From Lobosporangium transversale (lineage: Eukaryota): 64,000 bases of DNA. Positions 23,450 through 36,961 of the stretch are shown piece after piece (position 1 is the stretch's first letter; every line of letters begins with the position of its first letter). The stretch spans positions 682,001 through 746,000 of the forward strand of contig NW_019028993.1 in assembly GCF_002105155.1 (NCBI RefSeq), written 5' to 3'. Made by a program: the position numbers and the translations under genes. Below the pieces are notes generated by a model. It saw only the letters and a list, made by a program, of their open reading frames with translations. It was not told the origin of the DNA and did no database searches.

Positions 23450-23671
23450 TTACCGAAGAGCCTCGTCAGCATTGGTCATGCGTGTATCCTCGGTCTTGGT
23501 CATGAAAGAAACCTTGCTTGTGTCCTCGACTGATTCCTTGACTTTTGGTTCCATAGTGAAAGAAAAGAAGAGCGGTTGCACCTGGCTTGTAGCGTTTCCA
23601 GTAGTAGGTTGCTGTGAGGCAATAGCAGTAGCAGTAGCAGTGTGGTTGCGACGGAAATTGTACGAAGTCAT
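23450..23671 (-). CDS. Small unknown protein, family member 3 (73 aa)
   Basis: MTSYNFRRNHTATATAIASQQ...PLFFSFTMEPKVKESVEDTSKVSFMTK. Confidence 0.5.
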   Translation of the reverse strand: MTSYNFRRNHTATATAIASQQPTTGNATSQVQPLFFSFTMEPKVKESVEDTSKVSFMTKTEDTRMTNADEALR

Positions 23672-24153
23672 TGTTAATGTAATAATGATATATGTATAAA
23701 TATATAAAGAGAGAGAGCTAGAGAAAGAAAGAGAGATAGAGAAAGAAAGAGAGATAGAGAAAGAAAGAGAGAGAGAGAAAGAGAAGAGAGAAGAGAAGAA
23801 GAAAGAAGTGAGAAGTGAGAGGAAGACAGCAGGACAGTAGGATCGCACTGAAGCATGAATAGAAGTCCGGAACAAGCGAGTTAATTTGCCGCCAATACAC
23901 TTGAGGACATTCAAAAAATACAAGGGATCGCGACCAAGTGCATGAATTATATACGTATAATACTTTGTTTTGTCGTGTATGGGGGAGACAATTAAAGCAA
24001 GACTCAATGCTTGAAATACACGCGCGCGTTTATTCCCCCTTTTGCACAAATATGCGTGGATTAAATATTCATGAAGATAAAACATATTGAAGACAGAACT
24101 GATGTTGCAAGTCATCAATCGAGTCAATGAGGATACTTAAAAACTGATCACTT

Positions 24154-24185
<32 letters not shown>

Positions 24186-24608
24186 CACGGTGCTCCATCG
24201 CTGTTATGCATCGAATCATTCCAGCAGCACCAGCGGCAATAATGAGTGGGTAGAAAGGGGGGAAATGAAGAGGCTCTTGCCAAGCAATCAAACAAGAATA
24301 AGAAACTTTTTTTTTCTGTCCTTGTAATGAAAAGGACGAAGGAAGAGAAGGGAAATATGGAAACAATGGAAAAGAGACAGATTCTTTTTTGCTACAAGCA
24401 TTTTTTGTTTAATGTATTCTGGAAGACGAGAAGCCACAACGACATCATTGTCATTGTTTTCAGGGGAACTGGGTTTCACTTCACCAATCAGTGGCCGTTA
24501 TCACGAGACAATAGTTGTGACAATTCTTTGGAGCATTGGTTTAATTGATTTTAATTGACTTAATTGATCACAAACACCATCATTGGTCAAATTATAGTTA
24601 AATGCTTC

Positions 24609-24641
<33 letters not shown>

Positions 24642-24889
24642 GTATGAATGATGGAATGTCAAATCATGCAAAGCAATGGAGGAACAGAACACAGAAGGGA
24701 AAGAAGGAAAAAAGAAAAAGAAACCCCCCCCCCCCGACTTTATTACAATCATTCATCTATTATATGTGTATATCGCAACTAATAGCCATAACTCAATTGT
24801 CCAGCAGCTTTTTAATGAAAACGATCATGTGTACATATCCCAAGCCTCTGGTTTTAGTCGTGATTTTTATCATTAGTTTATATATATAA

Positions 24890-24952
24890 TTATTACTATT
24901 ATTATTACTACTATCATTATTATTATTACTATCGTTATTATTACTAGTACTA

Positions 24953-24995
<43 letters not shown>

Positions 24996-25010
24996 CATTA
25001 TTCTTATTTA
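24890..25010. repeat. (TAT/TAC/CAT)n microsatellite
   Basis: Visible trinucleotide and hexanucleotide run. Confidence 0.85.
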
Positions 25011-25405
25011 TCATGATCATTTGCCATCCTGGTGCTCTGTACTACAGGATGCATTTTTGGACCAATCAGTTATCCGTAAGTACCACTGGAAAAAAAAAAT
25101 AAAAAATAAAAAATAAAAAAGACAGAAATGTGTGAAAAAAGAATCCAATGTGTAACATAAGCACAGTCAAAATCAAAGACAACCCCAAAGAGCAAACATT
25201 GAAAAAACTAACGTGCCAAAATGGAAAAAGGGACCTACAATCCATTTTTCATTTTACGTACCTGACATCTAAGGAAGGAGGAAAAAAAAAAAAAAAAAAA
25301 AAAAAGAGCTTTTCCCTTTTTATGGCAGCCAGGAGGTTGTCAATGCACAATTGGGCTTTTTTTTTTTTTTTTTTTTTTTTTGTCTTTCTTCCCATTTGCA
25401 TAACC

Positions 25406-25708
25406 TCATTCCTGACTTCCGTCAGTGGTGGCTGGCCCTTCGAGACCAGGATTTTGGGCCATTGGAGCTGCGGCTTCATTCTCGGGCATGTTCGATCCAC
25501 TATCGGTTGGAGGGGTTGTTCCCTCATCTGAAGAGGCTGCTTCTTCAACCACCAAGATAGAAACTTCATCCAAGGCTTCGGTCGGCTCCTCAACAGCGGC
25601 ACCCAAGAGGAATGTGTTAATGTGGATCTGGTCCGGCGCAAGTAGTTGTTGAGGATTAGGATTAGCAGCATGACGGTCGTTGGCACGGCTCTGGCGATAG
25701 GCAGTCAT
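25406..25708 (-). CDS. Small unknown protein, divergent family member 4 (100 aa)
   Basis: MTAYRQSR...TFLLGAAVEEPTEALDEVSILVVEE. Same strand, MT start and acidic/hydrophobic core pattern as its neighbours. Confidence 0.45.
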   Translation of the reverse strand: MTAYRQSRANDRHAANPNPQQLLAPDQIHINTFLLGAAVEEPTEALDEVSILVVEEAASSDEGTTPPTDSGSNMPENEAAAPMAQNPGLEGPATTDGSQE

Positions 25709-25719
25709 TAAACCTTTTT

Positions 25720-25990
25720 TGTTGATGTTCTTGTTGTTCTTGTTCTTGCTCTTGTTCTTGCTCAGCTTGCTCTTGTTCTTGCTCTTGCTATGCTTGTCCT
25801 TGTGCTTGTTCCTGCTCTGTTTGTTCTTGCTCTTGTTCTTGAACTGTTTGTTCTTGCTTTATATGTACGTGTGCTTGTTCTTGTTCTTGCTGTGCTTGTT
25901 CTTGTTCTTGCTTTGCTTGTTCTTGTTCTTGTTCTTGATCAGTTTGTTCTTGCTCTTGTTCTTGCTCTGATTGTTCTTGTGCTTGTTCTC
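25720..25990. repeat. (TTGTTC/TTGCTC)n hexamer repeat
   Basis: Long degenerate hexamer tract directly upstream of member 4. Confidence 0.85.
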
Positions 25991-27260
25991 GTTTGTGTAC
26001 AGTATTAAAAAGACAAATAAACAAATAAAAAGACTGGAAAGGTTGTAAACGTGGAAGGGTGCGTGAAAGGGAATTAATTTCAGTAGAGTTGTACAAAGGT
26101 GTCGTTCTTGTGTAATAAAAAAAAAAAACAAAAAAAAAACAAAAAACAAAAGTAATTTAGAAAAAATAAAGAAAGAAAGAAAGAAAGGAAGATGTGAAAG
26201 GAAGGTACAAAACGAAAGTAATTACAGATGGATTTTACAAAGAAGTCATTAGTTATAAGGATTTAGGAAACAATTCCTCTTTATATACTTTTTTTGAAGC
26301 GGCACCTGTACTGTGAGGATGAAGTCCTTCCTCATTCACTCTCTCTCTCTCTTTCTCTCTCTTTGTAGAAGTAAACAGGCTCTTGTTCATGTTTTTTTTG
26401 TAGGGCTCTAAGGGCCTCAAACCCCTGGTTTTGTGTCGTCTTATCCGTCCATTGATTCTCGGTTTTCGGTTCTGGTACTAAAAAACTTTGGAGGGAAGTT
26501 GGATGAATGGAGGAGTTCGTCTTGCAGACGAGAGTTAATTACGCATGCATAAATGCATACATTTTTTTCTGAGTTTTTGTGAGCTTATGACTGTACCTTT
26601 CGAATTTCGAATAAACAAAAACAGTAAAGTATTAATATGCATAGAAAGGTCTTTAGTCTGATACTTAACTCTCTTTACTTCGCCAATGAACTAAAATCTC
26701 TTTCGGGTTCTCAGATATGATCACCACTTTGATGGAAGGCTGATCTGTTTTTCAAATGGTTTAACATGGATAAAGGAAGATATATAGGAACAAAGAAGAA
26801 AAAAATAAATAAGTGAAGACTGTTGGATAGCATGCACATTTTCCATATGAAATATTTACACTTTTTTCTGTACACGATGTATTTCAATAACAAAAGATCA
26901 GATCAGAAGAAAAATGTACGAGGAAACGGCCCGACTATCTTTCCCTTTTTTTTTTCTTTTTTTTTTCTTACTTAGCCATGCAGATGCTATGACAATTTGT
27001 AACCAGCATTCAAGATCATCGTTGCTTTGCTAGAGCAAAAAGAAAAAAAAAAAAAAAATGTTCCGGGGAAAGATTATTTTAGTATATTCAAACTTATTTT
27101 AATAATCATTCCTTTCATTAATTATAAATATATGCATTGTTTATCAATAAAACTTTCTTTTTATAACCGTTGGTTAATTTTGCATGTTTACTTGCATATT
27201 TATTTTATTTAATATATTGTTTTATCCCTTGTATTCATTGTGTCCACGGACTGAAAAACG

Positions 27261-27298
<38 letters not shown>

Positions 27299-28389
27299 AG
27301 ACCGGTCGAGAGTCTTTTCTTTTTTTTTTTTTTTTTTTTTTTAAACCATTGTTTGTCTATATTGTGTTGCATTGTACACATGTACACTTGGTTGTTGAGG
27401 ATATTCTGGTGATACAAAAGACTCTCATTTTGTACAACCTACTCCACAACCCTCGTTTGCTCGTTTGCTTAGGACGTACCTTGGACCCTTAATTTATGAC
27501 TGAGCATACTTTTGATTGGCGAATTGCTCTGCACATCAAATGACTAAATTTCTAACTCAGAACGTGTACTGTAAGTATGCAACAAAAAGGGGGTGGTGCA
27601 GCAGGCAGCGGAGACCGAAAGATGGAGAGGGGGAGAGAGAGCAGAATAGGGTAGCAAAGCATAGAAAAAAAGAAGCATTGTATTTAGGTGATGATGCCAA
27701 GAAGGCGAAGCAAATATAAAAAAAAAAAAGAAGCTCAATAAAGCTATAGTCACGCGTGCATGCATGTATATATCAATTGATTGATGACAGCCTTTTGGTG
27801 AGTTTTTTTTTTAAAAAAAAAAAAAAGAAAGAAAAAAAGAAAAAAAGAAAAGAACTGGAGAATTGCAAATCAACAATTATATTGTGAACTGACCCGATTG
27901 CTATTATGTAAACGGTTCGGTAAAAATACATCACACTTTATTTTTAATCAATCATTTTTTATTTTTATTTTTTTTCCTTATCTTCATAGTATTGAATACT
28001 TTTAACAGCCATTGAGTTGGATCATATCAAAATTGGGTTGGCCCTTGAAAAGGAAAAAGAATAAAGGCGAGAGAGAAGAGAGATCCTGAGTGGGCTCAAT
28101 AGGGACTGAAAAAAGGACAAAAGAAAAGAGTGAGAGAATACCCTGGAACGAAAGAGTAAACAGAGATCAAAGGTTCCCTCACAAGCTATAGACCATTTAG
28201 GTATCGTCAAGGTCATTAGAAGGCCATTAAAGAGGTCGTAAGAAGGTCATTCGGGGGATACCGTCCTCCCCTTCGGAAAGCAATACGATAAGACGGAATC
28301 TTTTGCATCCGCTCTTGGTCATGCACACAAACTTGGTAGGTCCTTTTACCTATTAATCATTGACGCTTGGTCCCCCGAGATCAAAAATT

Positions 28390-28788
28390 TCAATCCATTG
28401 GTTCGACTTTACCCTCAGAGCGACGGACCTGTTTTCGATAAGAGGATTCACCGCGTTTCCCTTGGCTATAGCGTCCGCAGCTACAGAAATAGTGGTCTAG
28501 ACCTGGTTGTTTAATGGCGCAGAGGTTGCAACTAAAGGAGTGGATGGCTTCCTCACTTGCTGCTGCTGCCGCAGATGCCGCAGATGCTGCAGATGCTGTG
28601 GATACTTCCTCGCTTGTTCTTGCTGCAAGTACTGTGGGGTTTTCCTCGCTTGCTCTTGCTCGAGGTGTTTCACCCATCGTCAAGATGGAGATCTCCTCCA
28701 GGCTTTCGACCAACTCCTCCTCAACTGTAGAATCCAAAGCCAAAGAACAGACATAACGGTTTCCATCATCTTGATAACCTGTGGTCAT
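28390..28788 (-). CDS. Small unknown protein, divergent family member 5 (132 aa) with a C-terminal Cys/His cluster
   Basis: MTTGYQ...CSLALDSTVEEELVESLEEISILTM...CNLC...HYFCSC. Confidence 0.5.
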   Translation of the reverse strand: MTTGYQDDGNRYVCSLALDSTVEEELVESLEEISILTMGETPRARASEENPTVLAARTSEEVSTASAASAASAAAAASEEAIHSFSCNLCAIKQPGLDHYFCSCGRYSQGKRGESSYRKQVRRSEGKVEPMD

Positions 28789-28950
28789 GATGTCTTTACT
28801 TTTCTGTATGATATGTATGAATGTAGAGATGAGTATAAGCTATTATAGAAGTAATGTAGTGTGTGTTTGAGAAAAAAAAAAAAAAAAAAAAAAAAGAAAA
28901 AGTGAAGAGGAAGAAGGTGAGCTTTATCTCTGAGGTTGCTGATGTGCTTG

Positions 28951-28982
<32 letters not shown>

Positions 28983-29700
28983 AAAAAGCAATAAAGGACC
29001 TCTATGTAACGGAGAGTATATATACCGCTCATCCATTTCTTTTCAGTTTGGATTCTATAAAATCGATGCTTTTCATGGTGCTCGCATGACCAGTTCCATT
29101 TTCAGATGCTTGCAATGGGGTATGGATTAATCAGCCTTTTATCATCAGATTTTGGAGTACAACATGTGCTATTTTCTAATTATTTTTTTTTTATTTTTTT
29201 TTTATTTTATTTTATTTTTTTTACGCGTGGGGAATATTGTATATGGAAATATCGCACGAATTGCTTTAGTTGTTTATGTTTACAGTGTTCACATGGCCCA
29301 GTCCGTTCATGTTTATCTGTAACACGAAGAACGAAAAGAAAAATTAATGGGGGACACATGAAAGAAAGGCGCTTTTGGACCACATTCTCCACAATCCGCA
29401 GCTTCGCCCAAGGCCAATCAAAGGACGTGTACATGTATATTAGTGATTTGAAAATTAGATTCATCGTGAGAACCCTTCTTGCCCCAAGCCAAAGTACGAA
29501 AAAAGAAAGAAAGAAAGAAAGAAAGAAAGAAAAAAAAAGCTAATTCATACTTCCATGTGAATAACTGGATTACAAATGCGCGTACGGTGGGACCCGTTTA
29601 TTTTTTGTGTTTTAGATGTAATTGCAAAGGTGTTTCTCCCTTTTCGCGTTTCTCCTTTTCGCCTTTTTTTTTTTTTTTTACCAGAAATCGGGTAAGTATT

Positions 29701-29736
<36 letters not shown>

Positions 29737-30022
29737 CAATAGGCAATGTTGACACCAAAGATCAGAACTTCGACATGGTATTTCTAAATTCACGTGTATC
29801 TTGAAAAATACGCCACCATCAGCAGCCTCAACCACCATAAACATTCACCTTCCTGCCCCACATCTCTCTTTTTTTTTTTTTTTTCTTTTCTTTTTTCTAT
29901 CTCACTCCCGCAACATAAAAAAAGAAACAAAGAATAGAATAGAATCAGGCCAAGGCTAATTTTGGCCGTCTCGCCATTGCTGTTGCTTCAACCAGTTTGA
30001 CCTTTCCTTTTCTTTTCTTTTC

Positions 30023-30057
<35 letters not shown>

Positions 30058-30327
30058 CTTCATTTTTATATTCATCATATGAATAATGCAATCTCATTTA
30101 ACGTCCGTTCACATGGCTTGCGCCGCCCTACTGATCTGAATTCGGTGCTGCATGTATACCATCTATATAGCTACGACAGCACAAAAAAAAAAAAAAAAAA
30201 AAAAAAAATCACAAAACAAAACAAAACAAAACAAATCGGATAATAATCCTGCTATATTTAACTCTTTCTCTTTCCTGGCTTGATAAGTTGAACTTGAAAT
30301 TCTGTTATTTATGAACATTGTCGTTAT

Positions 30328-30329
30328 GG

Positions 30330-30394
<65 letters not shown>

Positions 30395-30555
30395 AGGATC
30401 ATTACTTTTAATAATGTGACCATCACTTATTACTTTTACTATAATACTATAGCTATTCTATTACTATGACTATTACTATGACTATTACTATGACTATGAC
30501 TATGACTATGACTATGACTATTACTATGACTATTACTATTACTATTACTATTACC
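30328..30555. repeat. (GAT)n and (TAC/TATGAC)n microsatellites
   Basis: Visible tandem runs. Confidence 0.85.
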
Positions 30556-31476
30556 ATGATGACAACTGTATCAATTCTATTCTATAACACATAATATTAC
30601 CACCAGCTGGATTAGAGTCCAAAAAATTAATCAATTAGTCTTGACATTGGGGTGAAGTGACATTGAAGAAGGATAAGATCGTGTTGGAAAACCCCTTTTG
30701 CAGATTTCACAAAGTCTTCTCTTATTACGACTATGGTTACGTCTAGCCTATGAGGAAGAATGTTTTAAGGAAAGGAAAGGAAAGGAAAGGAGAGGAGAGG
30801 AGAGGAGAGGAGAGGAGAGAAGAGGAAAGGAGTCTGTGGTCTGTGCGTGAGTACCAACGGGCGCTCATAATACATATATATAATATTAATGTAATAACAT
30901 ATTATATATATTATATATATTGTTTATTTTGTTTATTTGCTTGAAGTCCACACGTGTTTTTTGTTTTACGTTACAAAAACGTTTTTTTTTAGGTTATTGA
31001 TTAAACAATTGAACTAAGTTATTATTGTTCATATTATATTTATATAACTAAGCTGTTCCTTAATTTTTTGTTTCCAGGGCTAAAAGTAACTAAACCAACC
31101 AAAGTGTAGAAGCTTCTTTGAAAGATATTTGAAGTACACGTGGCTTACGATGTATCTTTTATCACTGATATCACATATTTAAGTATTAGGACTTTACAGC
31201 TAATGAATGTATTGTAAACCTCTGCGATATTATCATAGATAGGCTTTTTTTTTAATGTCATTATCGATATATATTTATCTAAAGTGAGCATCTTTCCCGC
31301 AACTATAACATTGAAAATTTGAAAGGTTGCAATAGCTTTCTTATTTTTTTTTCTTTTTTGAGCAAATGCAAATGTAAAAGTAACTTAAAGGTTACTTTTT
31401 TTTTTTTTTCTTTCTTTTTTATCTTTTGTTTTCCTGGTTTCCTGGTTTGGTTTTCTGGTTTCCTGGTTTCCTTGAA

Positions 31477-31507
<31 letters not shown>

Positions 31508-31538
31508 CTTTCTTCCTTTCTTTTTCTTTCATTTTGTG

Positions 31539-34065
31539 TCAATCATGTCCTGGGTTCATCTTCAACTCTGAAATTGACGGTAACCTCTTTTGATCAAGGC
31601 CTGATTCTTGCTTCAATTCAGATATAGACGGCAATTTTTCTTGTGTACAAGTCCCTAGCTCATGCTTTGATAAAATTGGCCTCAATATCCCCGGTCCTCG
31701 TCCGCGCTCCCTATCCCTATCCCGATCCCGATCCCTATCCCTATCCCTATCCCGATCCCGATCCCGATCCCTGTCCCCCTCCTGCATATCTGATGAAACA
31801 ACCCTGTAATCATTTTGCACAGTCTTTTCCATCATCATGGGCGTTGCTACTATTGTCTTTTTATCAGCTACAGATGACGACTTTATCTGTCCTCCTCTCC
31901 GTTGCTGCTGCTGCTGCTGCTGCTGCTGTGGTTGTTGCTGTGCCTGTGCTTCTTTATCTCGTTCCATAGCTTCTCTACAAGACAGGCTCTTCTCCAAATG
32001 CCGTTTCAAAGAATCATTCCGTCCACATTCGGCTCCACAACCTTTACATTTAAATGGCTTGTCAAACGCATGTCGACTACTCATATGTCGTTCCAAATCA
32101 TGACGTCGTGCAAATCTCCAATTACAAAGCTCTCCTGTTTCACTTTTGTATGTACATTCATATGGCTTGATCCCCGCATGGGTCGCTCGGTGGGATCGTA
32201 GGTTATAGGGTCTAGAAAACGTCTTTTCACAGATACTACACTTGTATCGCGCTCTGGCATACGGATCATCCTTGAATTCCTCAGGCACAACTCGAGCTGC
32301 CTCCTCGGTCGTGACTCGACGACGACGTCGTCGTTTGACTACTCCCCGCATGTCAATAATCATTGTGGAATTGCCAGCAGATTTCGCTGATGCTGCCATA
32401 GAGACTGTTGACGTTGTAGCTGGTGCTGCTGCTGCTGCTGCTACCCGCTCTTTTCCCTTGCCTTCGTTTCCTTTGAGGATTGGCAAGCTTGGGATGATAT
32501 CATTGACTAGAAGCGCATGGATTGACCCAACAGACTTGAGGTCCATTGCCATAGGTCTCTTGCTGCTATTGACAAGACTTAATTCCTTGCCTACATTAGC
32601 ATGTGTAACTAATGAGCTATTGGTTGCTGATATTGATGGCAATGGTACTGATGATGATGATGATTGTGATGGTAATGACTGAGCTGTAGAAGTAGCTATT
32701 GAAGAATCATTTATTTTCGATTGCAATGGCTTTTTAGGTGCACCGCCCTGAATAACCTGCTGTTGCTGTTGTTGTTGTTGTTGTTGTTGTTGTAGCTGTT
32801 GAGGATTACCAGATTCCGACATAGTAACGTCATGATCCACTATTGGTCCTAGGATGGTGATGGTAGAAAGTGAAGGTCTAAGGCGGATGCCGCTAAGTGT
32901 GACAAAGAGCCACTCATCATCATGGCACTCTGGGATGATGACATGGTCCTCGTAAAGAGCCCTTGTAGGCGTTGACTGTGTTGAGGATGCAGGACATGTT
33001 GGGAGAATAAGAATTGCCTAGTTTATTGGTTTATGGATAAAAATAAAAAAGGAAAAAGTTAGAAACATGATTTATGTGGTGTTAAAGATTCTCTCCCTTT
33101 CCCCGTTTTATATATATATATATATATCTGCGCCCTCCTTCTGTCAGTTACTTAAATTAGACATGTGCATGTGCAGGAAAGGGATGATGGGGTCGCATGA
33201 GGAAGAAAAAACAAGAGAAAGGATCCATCTGGCTTTGAAACATTTTGTTTTTTCTTCATAGCTTGCTTAGTCTGGCAATGAGACAAATGCAGCGTAGTTT
33301 TTTTTTTTTTTAAAATCGATATGTGGACTAATAGGCTTTTATATCATTATTTCTTACCTTCTGAGCGACCAATAAGTCGATGATATCTTCCATTTCAATA
33401 GGCTTTTGCAAGATGCGACTCAACATTAGAAAAGCTTGTGTACCTTCTTTCATCATAAGTGTATCTTCTGCTGTCGGTGCCTCGTTATCATCTTCTTCTT
33501 GACCATCTAATGATTCGCTTGGGTCCATATCGGTGTCATTCTCAGAGTTGGAGATACTTGATCGACGCTGGAGAGTTGGTGTTTCACTTTCTTCTGAAAG
33601 AAGGGAGGAGATGCTCATAGTTGAGGACCTGATTGGGCGTGGGGGTGGACTGGCTGCTCGACGTTCAGAATATGAGAACTGGGGCTGAGATTGAGGCTGA
33701 GGTTGAGGCTGAGGTTGAGGTTGAGGTTGAGACTTGGGTTGAGACAGAGACAGAGAGGAAGAGACGTTGGTAGGATGAAAAGGATGAATAACCGTGGAAA
33801 AAGACGACGATGGCGCGGCTGATAAGGAAGAAGAAGGTGGCGGTGGCTGGCGATAGGCTGTATCTATATTGTAAGGGTTATCTTCTTGCCGGCCTACTCT
33901 GTCATGTCTATGAGAACTATCCATGGAACGATGGACGGGACTATGGCTTCTAGTCTCACGTAGAGAGACCAATAAGGTCGCATCTCGTAAGGGGGCCTCA
34001 GTGGACGAATGAGCCGTGTCATTGTAAACCCCGTGAGGCGGCTCGGTTATGGATCGGGAATACAT
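31539..34065 (-). CDS. C2H2 zinc-finger transcription factor (exons 33358..34065, 31539..33017)
   Basis: A phase-0 GT..AG intron joins VAQK|AILIL. Three C2H2 fingers (CSICEKTFSRPYNLRSHRATH; FARRHDLERH; CGRNDSLKRH) with Crz1-like recognition helices, plus poly-Q and DR repeats. Confidence 0.85.
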
Positions 34066-34164
34066 GAAGACCGTTGGGTAAATGTGTTGAGATGAGGGTT
34101 GTATTTCTTTTTTTTTTTACAAAGAGAAAAAGTAGTCAATTTGAAATGAGAAAAAGAAAGGAAG

Positions 34165-34195
<31 letters not shown>

Positions 34196-34256
34196 TCCCT
34201 TTGGGAGCAAACGAGCGAAAGTTGGAGAAGGGTAAAGGAAAAAAAAAGAAAGGGAA

Positions 34257-34295
<39 letters not shown>

Positions 34296-35451
34296 CGGGG
34301 GCGCCGACCAACGGAATGACGAAAGTCAAAATAATAATATTATAATAATAATAATAATAAAAAAAAAAGAAAAAAAAAATCAATAAAAGGTGGAAAATGA
34401 AAGTACTAATGAAGAGAATGAGGAAGAGAATGAGAAGAATGAGAAGGAGAATGAAGGAAGGAGAAAATGGTCCACATTCAAAAAGAAAAGGATAGAGATA
34501 AGGATAAGGAAGAGAAAAGAAGAAAAGGCTCTTCTATCAACTTCTAATGCTGCTGTTGATAAAGAGTACTTTCTACAACCGGCGGCAGAACATGCCTTTA
34601 TGCCTCTTCATTGAAAAGAATCGCAGGAAACGCGTGTGAATGTGACTGGGAAATCTAAAAACACATCAACGAAACAGCCGCAGCACCTTACATGGCTCTG
34701 CGCAATTTGCAAAATAAAAAAAAAAAAGGCTCAAGTGGACAGACAACAGTAAATTTTCTTTTTTTTTTTTTTTTTCCTTTTTCTGAGCACAAACACAAAA
34801 CACAAACATGTTTGTCATTGTACATATACTTTTTGCTTTGAACATTGTCGAGACCCGTCAGCTCGATTGACTATGGACCACTACCTTACTCTAAACCTCA
34901 TTCGAATGACCATGACGCTCCGTTGCCACAAGTAATCTGTTTGTCTTAATCTTGTTCGTTTTATGAGATATTTGTAGATTTAAAAGAAAGAAAAAATCAC
35001 TACTGTAAAAATACAAAAAAAAATTAAATATCAACAATAAGGAATGACAGAAACTCTCAAGACAAGATGAAACACAAAAAAAAAAAAAAAAAAAAGAAAA
35101 GAAAAGTAAAAAAAGAAAAATGGTGTATAAAAAAAAAAAAAAAAAAGGCTACGTCCTAATTGCGGCAGTAGCAGCACAGATTCTAACCATGAGTCAGAAT
35201 CAACTATAAAAAAAAAAAAAAAAAAAGGTTGCATTCACTATGAAGGTGAAGGAAGTGGAGTTGTATGCAAGTTGGATTGGGTGTGAGAAAATGGGAGTCC
35301 TTGGCTAGACAAATTCGGAAAATAGCCTTGGATTGGGTCGGAGATTATGATCACGTTTCTCTCCCTTTCGTCGAACTCCCCCTAATGTTTTGACGGATCT
35401 TGTCGTAACGATCGCTTTCACTGCTGTTCCTATCAACCAAATCTTCAAAGC

Positions 35452-35491
<40 letters not shown>

Positions 35492-35791
35492 ATTGCTGTT
35501 CTTGTTCTTGTTCTTGTTCTTGTTCTTTTTGTTCTTCTTCTAGCTGCTGCTGCTGTTGTTGTTGTTGTTGTTCTTGTCATTACTTCTGCTGTTGCTGTTA
35601 ATACACTGATTGCTATTGTTGGATAACAGTAGTAACCATTTCCGATGCTGCAACCTCTCTCATTAGGATACCATAGCTTCTGTTATATCCCTCATTTGTT
35701 CTGGCAGTCGCTTCTTAAAAGCGCGCACACTCAAAACTGACGAGAAATACTAATGGCTTCCCCCACCCTCCCTTCCTTCCTTCCCTCCCAA

Positions 35792-36961
35792 TCAAACGTC
35801 TAGAGTACATATTTCCGAGGAAGGCGGCTGCACTTGCTGCCGTTGCTGTTCCTCCAACATGACAGCCATTGCGCAATGAGGATGTCTTTGAAGATGTCTC
35901 TTATAGGCATCGTGTCTACCGCATCCCGAGCCACAGTTCCTGCACTTGAACTGCTTCTCTCCAGAGTGACGGCTACGCATGTGACGCTCAAGATCATGTC
36001 GACGAGCAAAGGACCAGTTGCAGGCCTCACCCTTCTCATCCACAAAAGAACACATAAAGGGCTTGACTCCAGCATGAGTTGCACGGTGAGAGCGCAGGTT
36101 AAAGGGACGCGAAAATGTCTTGTCGCAGATAGAGCACTTGTACCGGACAAAGGCCTCGGAATCATCAATAGCACCCTCTGGAATCACACGGGCACCTTCC
36201 TCAGATGTAATACGGCGTCTACGACGTTTCTTGGCGATCAGGCGCTTGGCATCAACGTCAGACGAGGCATCAACCATCGGACAAGGCTCATCACCAAACA
36301 GTCCAGCGTATTCGCTCACGATAGGGCTAGCAGTGGAAGAACCAAACGGCGACAATTGCTCAAACTTGCACATGTTTGGTGACTCCTCAATAGCAGACAT
36401 TGCCATATCAGAAGGAGCAGGGGCCATCAAGATCTGGTTCAGGCTGATTACTGAAGCAGAGCCCTCTGGAAAGAGAGGAAAGTCTTGGGTCGGCCAGAGG
36501 CAAGAGTTTTGAGACGAATCAGTGACAAAGTCGAGGCTCTCCTGAGACTGTTGGCTACCAAAGCCACCATCCATAGGCGATGACCATCCTATAGAAGGGC
36601 TAGCGCCCAACTCATCAAGACCAAGGGTATCAAAAGCAAACGGGGATTGAAGCGTGTTTGCAGCGGGGGTGCACAGTCTTGTGGCAGGAGACAGTTCGGG
36701 TGTGAGGTCCATAGCGACACTAAGGACTGCTTTCGCAGCTTGCTGCATTTGAAGCTTGGAAGTCATCATGTCCCAGGGAGCAAAAGCGAGTTCGTTGCTC
36801 GGAAAAGAAAGGTCATTATTGTTCATGATGTGTTCGACCGCAGTGCAAGAGGCGGTATTAGAGAAGGTCTCGGTCATTGATGATTCCAAAGGGAAGACAG
36901 ACTGGTTATAGCCATCGAAAAGGCCAGCCTCCGCGATAAGGGCCATATTAAGCTTATCCAT
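35792..36961 (-). CDS. C2H2 zinc-finger transcription factor, paralog of the adjacent gene
   Basis: Single 389-aa ORF with KKRRRRRITSEE and three fingers nearly matching those of the neighbour. Confidence 0.88.
   Translation of the reverse strand: MDKLNMALIAEAGLFDGYNQSVFPLESSMTETFSNTASCTAVEHIMNNNDLSFPSNELAFAPWDMMTSKLQMQQAAKAVLSVAMDLTPELSPATRLCTPAANTLQSPFAFDTLGLDELGASPSIGWSSPMDGGFGSQQSQESLDFVTDSSQNSCLWPTQDFPLFPEGSASVISLNQILMAPAPSDMAMSAIEESPNMCKFEQLSPFGSSTASPIVSEYAGLFGDEPCPMVDASSDVDAKRLIAKKRRRRRITSEEGARVIPEGAIDDSEAFVRYKCSICDKTFSRPFNLRSHRATHAGVKPFMCSFVDEKGEACNWSFARRHDLERHMRSRHSGEKQFKCRNCGSGCGRHDAYKRHLQRHPHCAMAVMLEEQQRQQVQPPSSEICTLDV

Noticed and set aside
25719..26149. ORFs encoding EQEQ, LFLF or NKNK repeats
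   Set aside because: These are translations of a hexamer microsatellite in several frames.
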